64,000 bases of DNA from an uncultured Chloroflexia bacterium (GTDB lineage Bacteria > Chloroflexota > Limnocylindria > Limnocylindrales > CSP1-4): contig CAVYIM010000004.1 of NCBI GenBank assembly GCA_963768655.1, forward strand, positions 672,001 to 736,000, written 5' to 3'. Shown here piece after piece: positions 11,350-20,305 of the stretch; position 1 is the first letter of the stretch; each line of letters opens with the position of its first letter. A program made the translations under genes and the position numbers. The notes under the pieces were generated by a model. It had not been told where the DNA came from. It made no database searches and was given only the letters and a program-made list of their open reading frames with translations.

Positions 11350-12188
11350 AGCCCGAACCCCAGACCACGGCCGATCGTCTCGATCCCGACAACCACGAGC
11401 ACCGGAAGAAAGACGAGCCGAACAGTGCGGTTCGATATCCGATGGAGAATCCTGGCGCCGATCAGCGCCCCGGCCAGCACGCCGAGCGCCACGGGAGCCG
11501 CTACCTGCGGGTCGATGTAACCACGACCCAGGTAAATGCCTGCCGAGGCTGCCGCCGTCACACCGATCATGAAGTTGCTCGTTGCCGAGCTGACCTTCAT
11601 CGGCAGGCGCATTGCTCCATCCATGGCGAGAACCTTGAGCACTCCAGAGCCGATCCCGAGCAGTCCGGACACCAGGCCTGCTATCCACATCAGCACGAAC
11701 CCGAGCGGAACGCGCCGCGCCGCGTACGGAACGTCGCGGTTCAGCTTGCGGTCCGGATAGGAGGACTCGAGACGAAGACGAGATGCCAGCACCGACGGCA
11801 GATCGACGGGCGGCGTCTCTTCTCCCATGCGCGCAACCTGCATGCCCGCCGATGCGAGCAGGATGATCCCGAGCAGCAGGTAGAGCAACGCCGGCGCCAC
11901 CGCGGCCGCCAGGAGTGCGCCGCAGACCGCCCCTGTGGTCGTCGCCAGCTCGAGAAACATGCCAACCCGCATGTCGGTCATGCGATCCCGGACATAGGCG
12001 GCGGCGGCGCCGGAGCTCGTGGCGATGACGGACACGATGCTCGCTCCTGCGGCCAGGTGGATGTCCACGCCGAAGCCGAACGTCAGGGCCGGGATGACCA
12101 GGATGCCGCCACCGACCCCCGCCAGAGCGCCTATGAGCCCTGCGGCGACACTGATCGCGAATACCCCAAGATCCGCAGCCGGGCTCAT
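11346..12188 (-). CDS. TauE/SafE family (sulfite exporter-like) permease
   Basis: GALAGVGGGILVIP and SGLLGIGSG repeats, KVSSATSNFMIGVTAAASAG, about 8 TM segments. Confidence 0.9.
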   Translation of the reverse strand: MSPAADLGVFAISVAAGLIGALAGVGGGILVIPALTFGFGVDIHLAAGASIVSVIATSSGAAAAYVRDRMTDMRVGMFLELATTTGAVCGALLAAAVAPALLYLLLGIILLASAGMQVARMGEETPPVDLPSVLASRLRLESSYPDRKLNRDVPYAARRVPLGFVLMWIAGLVSGLLGIGSGVLKVLAMDGAMRLPMKVSSATSNFMIGVTAAASAGIYLGRGYIDPQVAAPVALGVLAGALIGARILHRISNRTVRLVFLPVLVVVGIETIGRGLGFGL

Positions 12189-12227
12189 CGGGACAGCACT
12201 GCCATGTTGTCGCCCCTAGATCTGCAA

Positions 12228-12257
12228 CTTGCGCAAGTACGCAACTGCTGGTATCTT
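12228..12257. promoter_or_regulatory. Second putative ArsR operator plus extended -10, between divergent tauE and rhodanese
   Basis: TGCGCAAGTACGCA (12230-12243) matches 12/14 of the core of the 8223 palindrome and is followed by TGGTATCTT. Confidence 0.55.
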
Positions 12258-12351
12258 AGCTGACGCTCGGCGAGTTCGCCTGGTGATCCGCGACCGGGGT
12301 CACCGGTTCGTGGCGCACCAGGAACCACTCCACGTTGCATTGGAGCTGCTC

Positions 12352-12687
12352 GTGCATCTCTTCGCTCGGAACCCGACCCCTGAGATCGGAGTCGACGAGC
12401 TCGAGGATCTTCTCCGGCACGGAAGCGTGCGCGTCCTGGGTGTGCGCGAGGACTGGGAATTCCGCCGCGGCCGAGTGCCCGGGGCGATCAGCGTTCCACT
12501 GGGCCGCCTGGCGTCACAAGGGGAGGAGCTGCCGCGCGACAAGCCCTGGGTGGTCATCTGCCAGAGCGGCAACCGCAGCCTGGCGGCAACGGAGCTCCTG
12601 CTGAGCCGGGGCTTCGATGGCGCTGTCTCCGCCCGCGGCGGCACGAATGCCTGGGCTCGGGGCAATCGGCCGTTGGAGAGGGGCTGA
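12352..12687 (+). CDS. Rhodanese-like domain protein (cytoplasmic)
   Basis: VRE.WEF..GRVPGA, active-site loop ICQSGNRS, GGTNAW. GTG start after GGAG was chosen (ORF track starts at 12229). Confidence 0.88.
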   Translation: MHLFARNPTPEIGVDELEDLLRHGSVRVLGVREDWEFRRGRVPGAISVPLGRLASQGEELPRDKPWVVICQSGNRSLAATELLLSRGFDGAVSARGGTNAWARGNRPLERG

Positions 12688-12688
12688 C

Positions 12689-13318
12689 GTGGTCACCGAT
12701 CAGCGCCGGCTGGAATGGGACGAGCGCCACCGGGCAGGCGACTTCGAAGGCGAGGGGCCGAACTCCACCCTCATGCTGGGCCTGATGGGGCTGCGCCCGG
12801 GCAGTGCCCTGGAGCTTGCGTGCGGCAGCGGCACCAACGCCGTCTGGCTGGCCCGGCAGGGCTGGCGCACCACTGCCGTCGATTGGTCGCCAGTCGGTCT
12901 CGCCAATGGCAGATCCAAAGCGGACGAAGCCGGTGTTCAGGTCGATTGGCTGGAGCGCGATCTGTTCGCCTGGTCGCCGCCGGCCCGTCAGTTCGACCTG
13001 GTCGCCATCGTCTACCTGCACCTGCCGCCCGACGAACGCGGCCCTGCCTACTCGCGGGCCGCCGCGGCCGTGGCTCCCGGAGGGCGAATGCTTGTCGTGG
13101 GTCACGATCGCTTGCACGGCGCCGAGGGTCAGGGCGGACCCGATCCAGAGCGCCTGTTCACGGCCGACGAGATTGCCGCGGAGCTTCAGGCAGCCGATCC
13201 GGAGCTCGTCGTGGAACGGGCGGAAGTCGTGCGCAGGGTACCGTGGCCGGGCCGAGGCCCCATCGATTCACTTCTCATCGTCCGCCGTCCCCCAACTCGT
13301 GCGGCCCAGGCAGGATAG
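12689..13318 (+). CDS. Class I SAM-dependent methyltransferase (TehB/TPMT-like)
   Basis: WDERH, ALELACGSGTNAVWLA, AVDWS, FDLV, APGG. Confidence 0.85.
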   Translation: MVTDQRRLEWDERHRAGDFEGEGPNSTLMLGLMGLRPGSALELACGSGTNAVWLARQGWRTTAVDWSPVGLANGRSKADEAGVQVDWLERDLFAWSPPARQFDLVAIVYLHLPPDERGPAYSRAAAAVAPGGRMLVVGHDRLHGAEGQGGPDPERLFTADEIAAELQAADPELVVERAEVVRRVPWPGRGPIDSLLIVRRPPTRAAQAG

Positions 13319-13319
13319 C

Positions 13320-13802
13320 GTGGGCTCGCAGCGGCTTCCCGACCTGGGCCGGCGTGGGGAGGGCTGGTTCCTGATGCAGCTCGTCCTCTTCGGCGCCATC
13401 GCCCTCGCCGGCACCGTTGGTCCGATCTGGAGCGGCTGGCCCAGGCTGGCCAGCGTCCTTGTCGGCGCGGTTCTGCTCGGCTGCGGCGGGGTCCTGTCCC
13501 TGCGCGGAGTCCTGGACCTGCGCGAGAACCTGACGCCTTTTCCCAGGCCGCTGCCAGGCGCCCGTCTCGTCGAGTCGGGGGCCTACCGGCTGGTCCGACA
13601 TCCGATCTACGGCGGCTTGGTGCTCGGCGCGGCGGGCTGGGGTCTGCTGACGGCCTCCGCCCTGGCCCTGCTCGGCACCCTGGTGCTGGTGGCCTTCTTC
13701 GATCTCAAGTCGCGCCGCGAGGAGATCTGGCTATCCGCCCAGTTCGAGGACTATGGCACGTACAGGAGCCGGACCCGGCGGCTGCTACCCTGGCTCTACT
13801 AG
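13320..13802 (+). CDS. Isoprenylcysteine carboxylmethyltransferase/PEMT family membrane methyltransferase
   Basis: LVESGAYRLVRHPIYGG, REEIWL..FEDYGTYRSRTRRLLP, 4 TM segments. Confidence 0.85.
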   Translation: MGSQRLPDLGRRGEGWFLMQLVLFGAIALAGTVGPIWSGWPRLASVLVGAVLLGCGGVLSLRGVLDLRENLTPFPRPLPGARLVESGAYRLVRHPIYGGLVLGAAGWGLLTASALALLGTLVLVAFFDLKSRREEIWLSAQFEDYGTYRSRTRRLLPWLY

Positions 13803-14407
13803 CGGTTCTTGTTGACCAGAGTCCGACCCGACGCCTGCCAGGCGTTCATCCCGCCCGTCAGGTTCCAGACATTGGTGTAGCCGAGGTTCAGGAGCGTCTG
13901 GGCGGCCTGGGCGCTCTGAACCCCGCTCCGGCAGTAGACCAGGATCTTGGCGTTCTTGTCGGCTGGCAACTCCGAAGCCCGTGCCGTCAGCTGGTCGTAG
14001 GGGATGTAGAGATCAGTGCCGTCGATCTCGCCGCTGTACGGCGTCTTCACGTTGATCAGCGTGAAATCCTTGTCCTGGAGCATCTGGGCCAGCTGGTCGG
14101 GAGTCACGTTGGTCCACGTGGAGACGCGCGTGGGACCCGCTGCTCCCAACTGGCTCGCGCTGGCGAGCACCGTCCCTGTGGCGGTCGAACTGCCACCCTG
14201 GTTGGCGATCGCGCCCATCACGAAGTCGGCGGCAATTACGACCACTGATATCAGAACGAGCGTGACGATGAGGAGGCCCATCTGGCCGCGTCCGCCCATC
14301 TGTGACGGGGGCGCCGGGCGCGGCGCTCGAGGGGCCTGGCTCGAGCTGTCAGGCTGCGGCGCGATTCGGCCTGCCTTCTCCGGATGCTGGCGACGCTTCG
14401 AAGTCAC
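13799..14407 (-). CDS. Membrane-anchored rhodanese-like domain protein
   Basis: Basic N-terminus, one TM (LLIVTLVLISVVVIAADFVMG), S/T/G linker, VYCRSGVQS active loop, GGMNAW. Confidence 0.85.
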   Translation of the reverse strand: MTSKRRQHPEKAGRIAPQPDSSSQAPRAPRPAPPSQMGGRGQMGLLIVTLVLISVVVIAADFVMGAIANQGGSSTATGTVLASASQLGAAGPTRVSTWTNVTPDQLAQMLQDKDFTLINVKTPYSGEIDGTDLYIPYDQLTARASELPADKNAKILVYCRSGVQSAQAAQTLLNLGYTNVWNLTGGMNAWQASGRTLVNKNR

Positions 14408-14440
14408 GATCCCATCTCCATCGGTCCTGAAGGATCGTAA

Positions 14441-15580
14441 CTACCCGCGCAAGCGGATCGCGATCAGAGCAACAGGCCGGTACAGGACGTGGGCGAACTT
14501 GCCGAACGGCACCAGAAGCACGAGGGCCATCGCGACGCCGACGTGAAGCAGGAACATCGGGTAGCCCCATGCCGGAGCCGAGGGCAGGTAGAGCCCGAGC
14601 TCCAGCAAGAACCCGGTCACACCCGCCACCCACAGCATTCCCAGGAACGTCCAGTCGGGCGTGGTCGAGTGCAGGCTGGATCGATCGCTCTTGCGCAACC
14701 GTCGGACGATCAGCACCGTTGTGCCATAAATGAGGGCTGCTCCTGCCAGAGTGCCAAGCAGGCGCACCGGGTACCAGATCGGCACCGGCGTCCCGGTCGC
14801 CTTCAGGCCCAGGAGCTCGAGTCCGTAGTCGGCCATCGTGGCGCCCAACAGGCCCAGGAAGCCCCACATGGTCGTGAAATGGATGAACCAGCGCTGCAGG
14901 TACCACGGCCGAGATTCGGTCGCGTCGGCACACTCCTGCCGGAAGCGCGTCTGCGCGAGCGATTCGGTGCCCACGGCGTAGACAACGGCGTCGGCCGCTC
15001 TGCGGACGCCGGGTCTGCCAATCGTCTTGCCCTGGCCGCGGCCGACGTGCCGGATCATCTCGAACAGGCCGGCAAGCGCCGCCACTCCCATGATCGCCAT
15101 GACGCCCACACCCAGGTTGTGGACGAAGTCAGACGGGACGAACTGGAAGAGGGTCAGCGTCGAGCCGTCTGTCGGGCCATGGACGGAATACATGAAGGCC
15201 GCGAGGAGGCCGACGAGGGCAACGATGAAGACGCCGGCGAACCAACGCGACGTAGCCAGGAGGTAGGCCAGGTGGGTTCGGTCGTAGCTGGCCACGGCAT
15301 AGCGGCGGGCCGCGTGCATGAACGAGGCCGGATCGGCCTGGGTCGGGCAGCTCTCGCTGCACTCGGCGCAGCCGTAACAGGCCCACAGCTCCGGGCTGGA
15401 CAGCAGCTGGTCGCGGAGACCGAGCTGAGCGTAGCGGGCCATGCGTCGCGGGAACGAGGCTCCATCCACGGAGAGCGGACAGATGGCCGTGCAGACGCCG
15501 CAGTTGAAGCACGCGGAGATGTCGGTGGCGCCGAAGCGACGCAGATCCGGATAGAGGTTGTGGTCGACTCGGGCGGTCAC
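14441..15580 (-). CDS. QmoC-like subunit: HdrC-type 2x[4Fe-4S] domain plus cytochrome b (NarI-like) membrane domain
   Basis: CFNCGVCTAICP and CYGCAECSESCP, about 6 TM segments, with His in FVHN, WFIHF, LLHV and GKFAHVLYRP. Confidence 0.85.
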   Translation of the reverse strand: MTARVDHNLYPDLRRFGATDISACFNCGVCTAICPLSVDGASFPRRMARYAQLGLRDQLLSSPELWACYGCAECSESCPTQADPASFMHAARRYAVASYDRTHLAYLLATSRWFAGVFIVALVGLLAAFMYSVHGPTDGSTLTLFQFVPSDFVHNLGVGVMAIMGVAALAGLFEMIRHVGRGQGKTIGRPGVRRAADAVVYAVGTESLAQTRFRQECADATESRPWYLQRWFIHFTTMWGFLGLLGATMADYGLELLGLKATGTPVPIWYPVRLLGTLAGAALIYGTTVLIVRRLRKSDRSSLHSTTPDWTFLGMLWVAGVTGFLLELGLYLPSAPAWGYPMFLLHVGVAMALVLLVPFGKFAHVLYRPVALIAIRLRG

Positions 15581-15828
15581 GGCCGGGCCTCCTTTTGCAC
15601 GGCGAAGTACCGGAAGTAGCCCTCGGGCGTGGCTTCCTTGACCTCGCGCACGTAGCCGTAGCGGCGCATGCCCATGACCCAGTACATGGCCTCGTTGGCC
15701 GGACGCCCGATCGCCTCCGCGATCTCGGGAACGGTGTGGGGCCCGTCGGCGAGGACCCCGAGGATGCGGTCCCGCATGAATGGCTCCTCTCGGACGATCT
15801 CTCGAACGTCCCTGTTGGCTGACGTCAT
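15577..15828 (-). CDS. Small winged-helix protein embedded in the Qmo/Hdr operon
   Basis: RDRILGVLADGPHTVPEIAEAIG...MRRYGYV, with 4-nt overlaps to both neighbours. Confidence 0.75.
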   Translation of the reverse strand: MTSANRDVREIVREEPFMRDRILGVLADGPHTVPEIAEAIGRPANEAMYWVMGMRRYGYVREVKEATPEGYFRYFAVQKEARP

Positions 15829-17591
15829 GCGATCGCCTCCTCGAGCAGGCCGTCGATCATGGCCGTGATCTGGGCGTCGGTGTAGCCGCGCAGGTCGATG
15901 GCGTTCTCCGGGCAGATAGGGACGCATCCACCGCAGCCCTTGCAGCCGGTCTGGCTGATCGCGGCGACCTCACGGCCGTTGAGCGACAGCTTCTCAATGG
16001 CGCCATAGGGGCAGGCGTTCTCGCACTTGCCGCACCAAGTGCATCTGTCCGGGTCCACCGTGGCCACTAGCGGGTCGAGCTCGGCGACTCCCTTCTTCAG
16101 CACCGAGGCGCTCTGGGTCACTGCGGCCAGACCCGAAGCCACGCTCTCCGCGGAGCTCTTGGGCCCCTGGCAGGCACCGGCGATCAGGACGCCGTCGACG
16201 ACGGTCTCGACCGGGCGCAGCTTGGGGTGGATCTCGTTGAAGAAGCCGTCGCTGCCGAGGGGCAGCTTGAGCAAGCCCACGAGGTCTTTGTTCTCGCGGG
16301 GGACCATGCCGGTGACCAGGACCACGAGGTCGACCGGAATCTCCAGTTCCTCATCGCCCGAGAGCAGGTCCCGGACGGTGACCGCCAGCCCGCCGGACCG
16401 GTCCGCGGTGACGACCGGTGGGGCGTCGTCGGGGTACTTGACGTAGACGGCGCCGTCCTTGCGGGCCTCGGTGTACAGGAGCTCGAGCGAGCCGTAGGTC
16501 CGGATGTCTCGATAGAGGTGGTACTGCCGCATCCCGGGGTCAAGCTCGGAGACTCGGATGGACGAGTGAGCCGTCGCCGCACAGCAGTACCGCGAGCAAT
16601 ACTCGTTGCCGTCTGGCTGGCGGCTGCCCACGCAGTAGATGTAGGCGACGCTGCGAACCGGCCTGTCGTGATAGCGCAGCTGTCCGTCGGCCCCGTCGAT
16701 CATCTCCTTGAACTCGGGCAGGGCCACGACACCGTCCATTCCGGCACCGAACTCACCATCGGCCGGCTGGTAAGAGTCGAAGCCGGTGGCGACGATGATC
16801 GAGCCGACCTCGATCGGGATCGTCTGTAGGGGATCGCCGTCGATTTGGACGCCGACCTGGTAGTTTCCGAAGCTGCCCGACTTGCTGACGACCTCGGCGC
16901 CGGTGAAGACCTTGATTGCTGGCCTCTTCCTGACCTCGGCGACGAGATGGTCGATCAGCTCGCGGCCGTTGCGCTCGTGCGGGTAGGTATTCCCGAAGCG
17001 TCCGACCCAGCCGCCCAGCTCACGCTCGCGCTCTACCAGGAAGACGCCCAGACCGACGTCGGCCAGGCCGATCGCGGCGCGGAGGCCGGAGATTCCACCA
17101 CCGATCACCAGGGCCTTCTGGGCCGTTTCGACCACGATCGGTTCCAGGGGTTCGCTCAGGCGGGTGCGGGCAATGACCCCGCGGACGAGGCCGATGGCCT
17201 TGCGGGTGGCCCCGGCAGGATCGTCGGTGTGAGTCCACGAGCATTGCTCGCGAATGTTGGCCTGGCTGTACTCGTAGGGGTTGAGCCCCGCGCGTTTGGC
17301 CACGCCACGGAAGGTCACGACGTGGAGCTTGGGCGAACAGGAGGCGACGACGAGGCCGTCGAGTCCCTGCTGCTCGATGTCCTGTTCCATCTCCTGCTGG
17401 CCCGCGTCAGAACAGGCGAACATCGTGTGCTTGGCGACGACGACGCCTGGCTCGTTCTTGACGGCGTCGACGACGGCCTGGACATCCACGTAGTCCGAGA
17501 TGTTGCCGCCGCAGTGGCAAACGTAGACACCGATTCGTCGCGCGGTCGGGCTCGGCGAAGCGAACGGGTGATCCTGCGAGAGCTCGCTCAT
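15825..17591 (-). CDS. HdrA/QmoB-like flavoprotein
   Basis: IGVYVCHCG..ACSD..SCSP..EQC N-terminal domain, GGGISG FAD motif, CVGSR..CSRYCC, HPKLRPV, C-terminal CTWCGKCENACP and CKGCGGCVPICP. No fused MvhD. Confidence 0.92.
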   Translation of the reverse strand: MSELSQDHPFASPSPTARRIGVYVCHCGGNISDYVDVQAVVDAVKNEPGVVVAKHTMFACSDAGQQEMEQDIEQQGLDGLVVASCSPKLHVVTFRGVAKRAGLNPYEYSQANIREQCSWTHTDDPAGATRKAIGLVRGVIARTRLSEPLEPIVVETAQKALVIGGGISGLRAAIGLADVGLGVFLVERERELGGWVGRFGNTYPHERNGRELIDHLVAEVRKRPAIKVFTGAEVVSKSGSFGNYQVGVQIDGDPLQTIPIEVGSIIVATGFDSYQPADGEFGAGMDGVVALPEFKEMIDGADGQLRYHDRPVRSVAYIYCVGSRQPDGNEYCSRYCCAATAHSSIRVSELDPGMRQYHLYRDIRTYGSLELLYTEARKDGAVYVKYPDDAPPVVTADRSGGLAVTVRDLLSGDEELEIPVDLVVLVTGMVPRENKDLVGLLKLPLGSDGFFNEIHPKLRPVETVVDGVLIAGACQGPKSSAESVASGLAAVTQSASVLKKGVAELDPLVATVDPDRCTWCGKCENACPYGAIEKLSLNGREVAAISQTGCKGCGGCVPICPENAIDLRGYTDAQITAMIDGLLEEAIA

Positions 17592-20305
17592 GCCGGCACC
17601 TTCTGGCTTTCGAGATGGGCCGCGACCTGGGCTACCGCAGCGCCGGCGTGGACGATCGAGTCGGCGATGTCCTTGGCACCGGACGCCGTGCCGGCGACGA
17701 ACACCCCAGGGATGCTCGTGCGTCCGGGGTCGATGTCGTCGTACGACTCGGCGACGTAGTGGTATTCGTCGAGGGCGAGGTCGTCGCCGATGAAGAGCCG
17801 CTCGACCTCACGGTTCGGCTGAACGCCGACCGCCAGCACGACCAGGTCGTACTCGGCCTCGACCAGCGCCCCGCCATGCTCGATGTCCTCGTAGCGCAGG
17901 ATCAGGTTGCCGTCTTCCTTCTCTGTGATCTTCGCTACCCGACCCTTGACGTACGTCGCGCCCATCGACTTGGCGCTCTCGTAGAACTCGTCGTAGCGCT
18001 TGCCCGGCGCCCGAATGTCCATGTAGTGGACCGTGACTTCGGCGAGCGGTAGAGCGCCCATGATCAGCTGGTTCTGCTTGATGGAGTACATGCAGCAGAA
18101 CCGTGAGCACAGAGGGTTTCCGACGGTCTCGTCGCGCGAGCCGGTGCACAGAACGTAGGCGATCCGTTCCGGGATCTTCCCGTCGCCGGGCCGCAGCACG
18201 GTGTTGTACGGCCTCGTGGGAGCGAGCAGGCGGTCCATCTGCATGCCGGTGATCACGTTCTTGAATCGGCCATAGCCGTATTCGGGCTTCAGATCCGCCG
18301 CGAACAGCTTGTAGCCGGTGGCGACGACCACGGCGCCGACGCGGACCTCCTCGACCTTCTCCCGCATCTCGAGGTGGATGGCGTCGGACGGGCAGGCCAC
18401 GACGCACGCCCGGCATTCCGAGCAGACGCCGCAGTCCAGGCAGTCGCCCGCGCTGGCCCGGGCCTCGGCTTCGCAAAGGGGCGCTTCGATCTCGGCGAAG
18501 TCGCGCGGCGAGCGGGCACCGGCGCCGGGGCCAGCCCGGAGCGGCCCGCTGTGGTTGTCGTAGTGCGCCTGGCGGGCGATGACTTTCGACTTGTCGACCA
18601 GCGGCAGCAGGTCGTCCATTTCGAACCCGTCGAGCGGCTCGCCGCGCAGCCAGCGGTCGATCATGTGGGCCGCCCGCCGGCCCTGCCCGACGGCGCGGGT
18701 GATGTCCGAGGCGCCGGTCGTAACGTCGCCAGCGGCGAAGATGTGAGGAACGGCCGTCTGGAGAGTATGCGGATCGGCGGCGACAGCGCCGTTCGGAGTG
18801 GCGGCCACCTGAGCGCCGAAGGCCGCGCCTTCGGGCGCCATTCCGATCGCCACCAGCACCGTGTCGCAAGGGATGACGAACTCGCTGCCCCTGACGGGCT
18901 CGGGGCGGCGACGGCCCGAGGCATCGGGCTTGCCCAGAGCCGTGCGCTGGCAGCGGAGACCGGTGACCTTGCCCGCGGCATCGCCGAGGACCTCTACCGG
19001 GGCGACCTGGAATGCGAAGCGGACACCATCCTGCTCGGCGTCGTCGACCTCGGCCCTGTGGGCGGGCATCTCCCCGCGGCCGCGACGGTAGGCGATCGTG
19101 GTCTCGGCGGCGCCGAGGCGGACGGCCGTTCGGGCCGCGTCCATGGCGACATTGCCGCCGCCAACGACCACGACACGCTTCCCGGTAAGATCGCCGCCGG
19201 AGCCGAGCTTCGTCGCCCGCAGGAACCGCAGGCCGCCGACGATGCCGTCGAGTGTCTCGCCCGGCACGTTGAGGGCCGTGGAGAGCGGGGTGCCGGTCGC
19301 GACCAGGACGGCGTCGAAGCCTTCTCGACGGAGGGCTTCGAGGTCGCCGACCGGCGAATTGGTGGCGATCTCAACGCCGACGGCGGTGACGTTGGAGATG
19401 TCCTGCTCGACGACCTCGGGCGGGAGACGGTATGCCGGGATGGCCAGGCGCAGGAAGCCGCCGGCAACGGGCGCGGCCTCGAAGATCTTGACACCGTAGC
19501 CCCGGCGAGCCAGCTGCCAGGCGGCGGTCAGTCCCGCCGGGCCGGAACCCACGACGGCGACGCGCTTGCCGTTGCTCGGCGGGACTTCCACGCCGGGTCC
19601 GTCCGTCGCTTCGTAATGCCTGTCGGCCGCGAAGCGCTTCAGGCGCCGGATCGGAAGAGTTCCCTCGAGCGAGCCGCGCGTACACTCGCCCTCGCACGGG
19701 GCGTAGCAGGCGCGACCGAGCGTGCCGACGAGCGGCGTCGCCTCGAGCACGAGCTGGAACGCCTTCTCATACTCGCCGCTGCGGATCAGCGACACGTAGC
19801 CGTGGGCCTTGATTCCGGCGGGACAGCTGAAGGTGCACGGTGAGGTTCCGGCGCGCTCGAGGACGGCTTTCTTGGGCACTGCCTGCGGGAACGTGATGTA
19901 GGCAGCCCGGCGGGCGACCAGGTCGGCGTTGAACTGGTCTGGCACCGCGACCGTGCAGGCGGTTTCGCACAGCTGGCAGCCGGTGCAGGCCGCCTCATCG
20001 ACAAAACGTGGCTTCTGACGGATGGTTGCCCTGAAGGTGCCGTCGCCATCGCGAGTGATGCCGTCCACCTCGGTATAGGTGAGGGCGGTCACGTTCGGGT
20101 GGTGGATCGAGGCCGCCATCTTCGGCGTGGAGATGCAGCTGGCGCAGTCCAGGGTGGGGAAGACCTTGCTGAGCAGGATCATCCGCCCGCCCACGCTGGC
20201 CTCCTTCTCCACCAGCAGGACCTTGTAGCCCATGTCGCCGAGCTTGAGGGCGGACTCCATGCCGGCAATGCCGCTGCCGACGACGAGGGCGTCGTAGTCG
20301 GTCAT
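17588..20305 (-). CDS. HdrA/QmoA-like flavoprotein with inserted ferredoxin and GltD-like NAD(P)H oxidoreductase module (HdrL-like)
   Basis: GSGIAG, FPTLDCASC, CTGCQLCETAC; then SPCTFSCP..GRACYAPCEGEC, GSGPAG, GGGNVAMD..YRR; then CLDCGVCSECRACVVACP and HdrA CTGSRD..CSRFCC. Start MTDY at 20305. Confidence 0.92.
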   Translation of the reverse strand: MTDYDALVVGSGIAGMESALKLGDMGYKVLLVEKEASVGGRMILLSKVFPTLDCASCISTPKMAASIHHPNVTALTYTEVDGITRDGDGTFRATIRQKPRFVDEAACTGCQLCETACTVAVPDQFNADLVARRAAYITFPQAVPKKAVLERAGTSPCTFSCPAGIKAHGYVSLIRSGEYEKAFQLVLEATPLVGTLGRACYAPCEGECTRGSLEGTLPIRRLKRFAADRHYEATDGPGVEVPPSNGKRVAVVGSGPAGLTAAWQLARRGYGVKIFEAAPVAGGFLRLAIPAYRLPPEVVEQDISNVTAVGVEIATNSPVGDLEALRREGFDAVLVATGTPLSTALNVPGETLDGIVGGLRFLRATKLGSGGDLTGKRVVVVGGGNVAMDAARTAVRLGAAETTIAYRRGRGEMPAHRAEVDDAEQDGVRFAFQVAPVEVLGDAAGKVTGLRCQRTALGKPDASGRRRPEPVRGSEFVIPCDTVLVAIGMAPEGAAFGAQVAATPNGAVAADPHTLQTAVPHIFAAGDVTTGASDITRAVGQGRRAAHMIDRWLRGEPLDGFEMDDLLPLVDKSKVIARQAHYDNHSGPLRAGPGAGARSPRDFAEIEAPLCEAEARASAGDCLDCGVCSECRACVVACPSDAIHLEMREKVEEVRVGAVVVATGYKLFAADLKPEYGYGRFKNVITGMQMDRLLAPTRPYNTVLRPGDGKIPERIAYVLCTGSRDETVGNPLCSRFCCMYSIKQNQLIMGALPLAEVTVHYMDIRAPGKRYDEFYESAKSMGATYVKGRVAKITEKEDGNLILRYEDIEHGGALVEAEYDLVVLAVGVQPNREVERLFIGDDLALDEYHYVAESYDDIDPGRTSIPGVFVAGTASGAKDIADSIVHAGAAVAQVAAHLESQKVPA

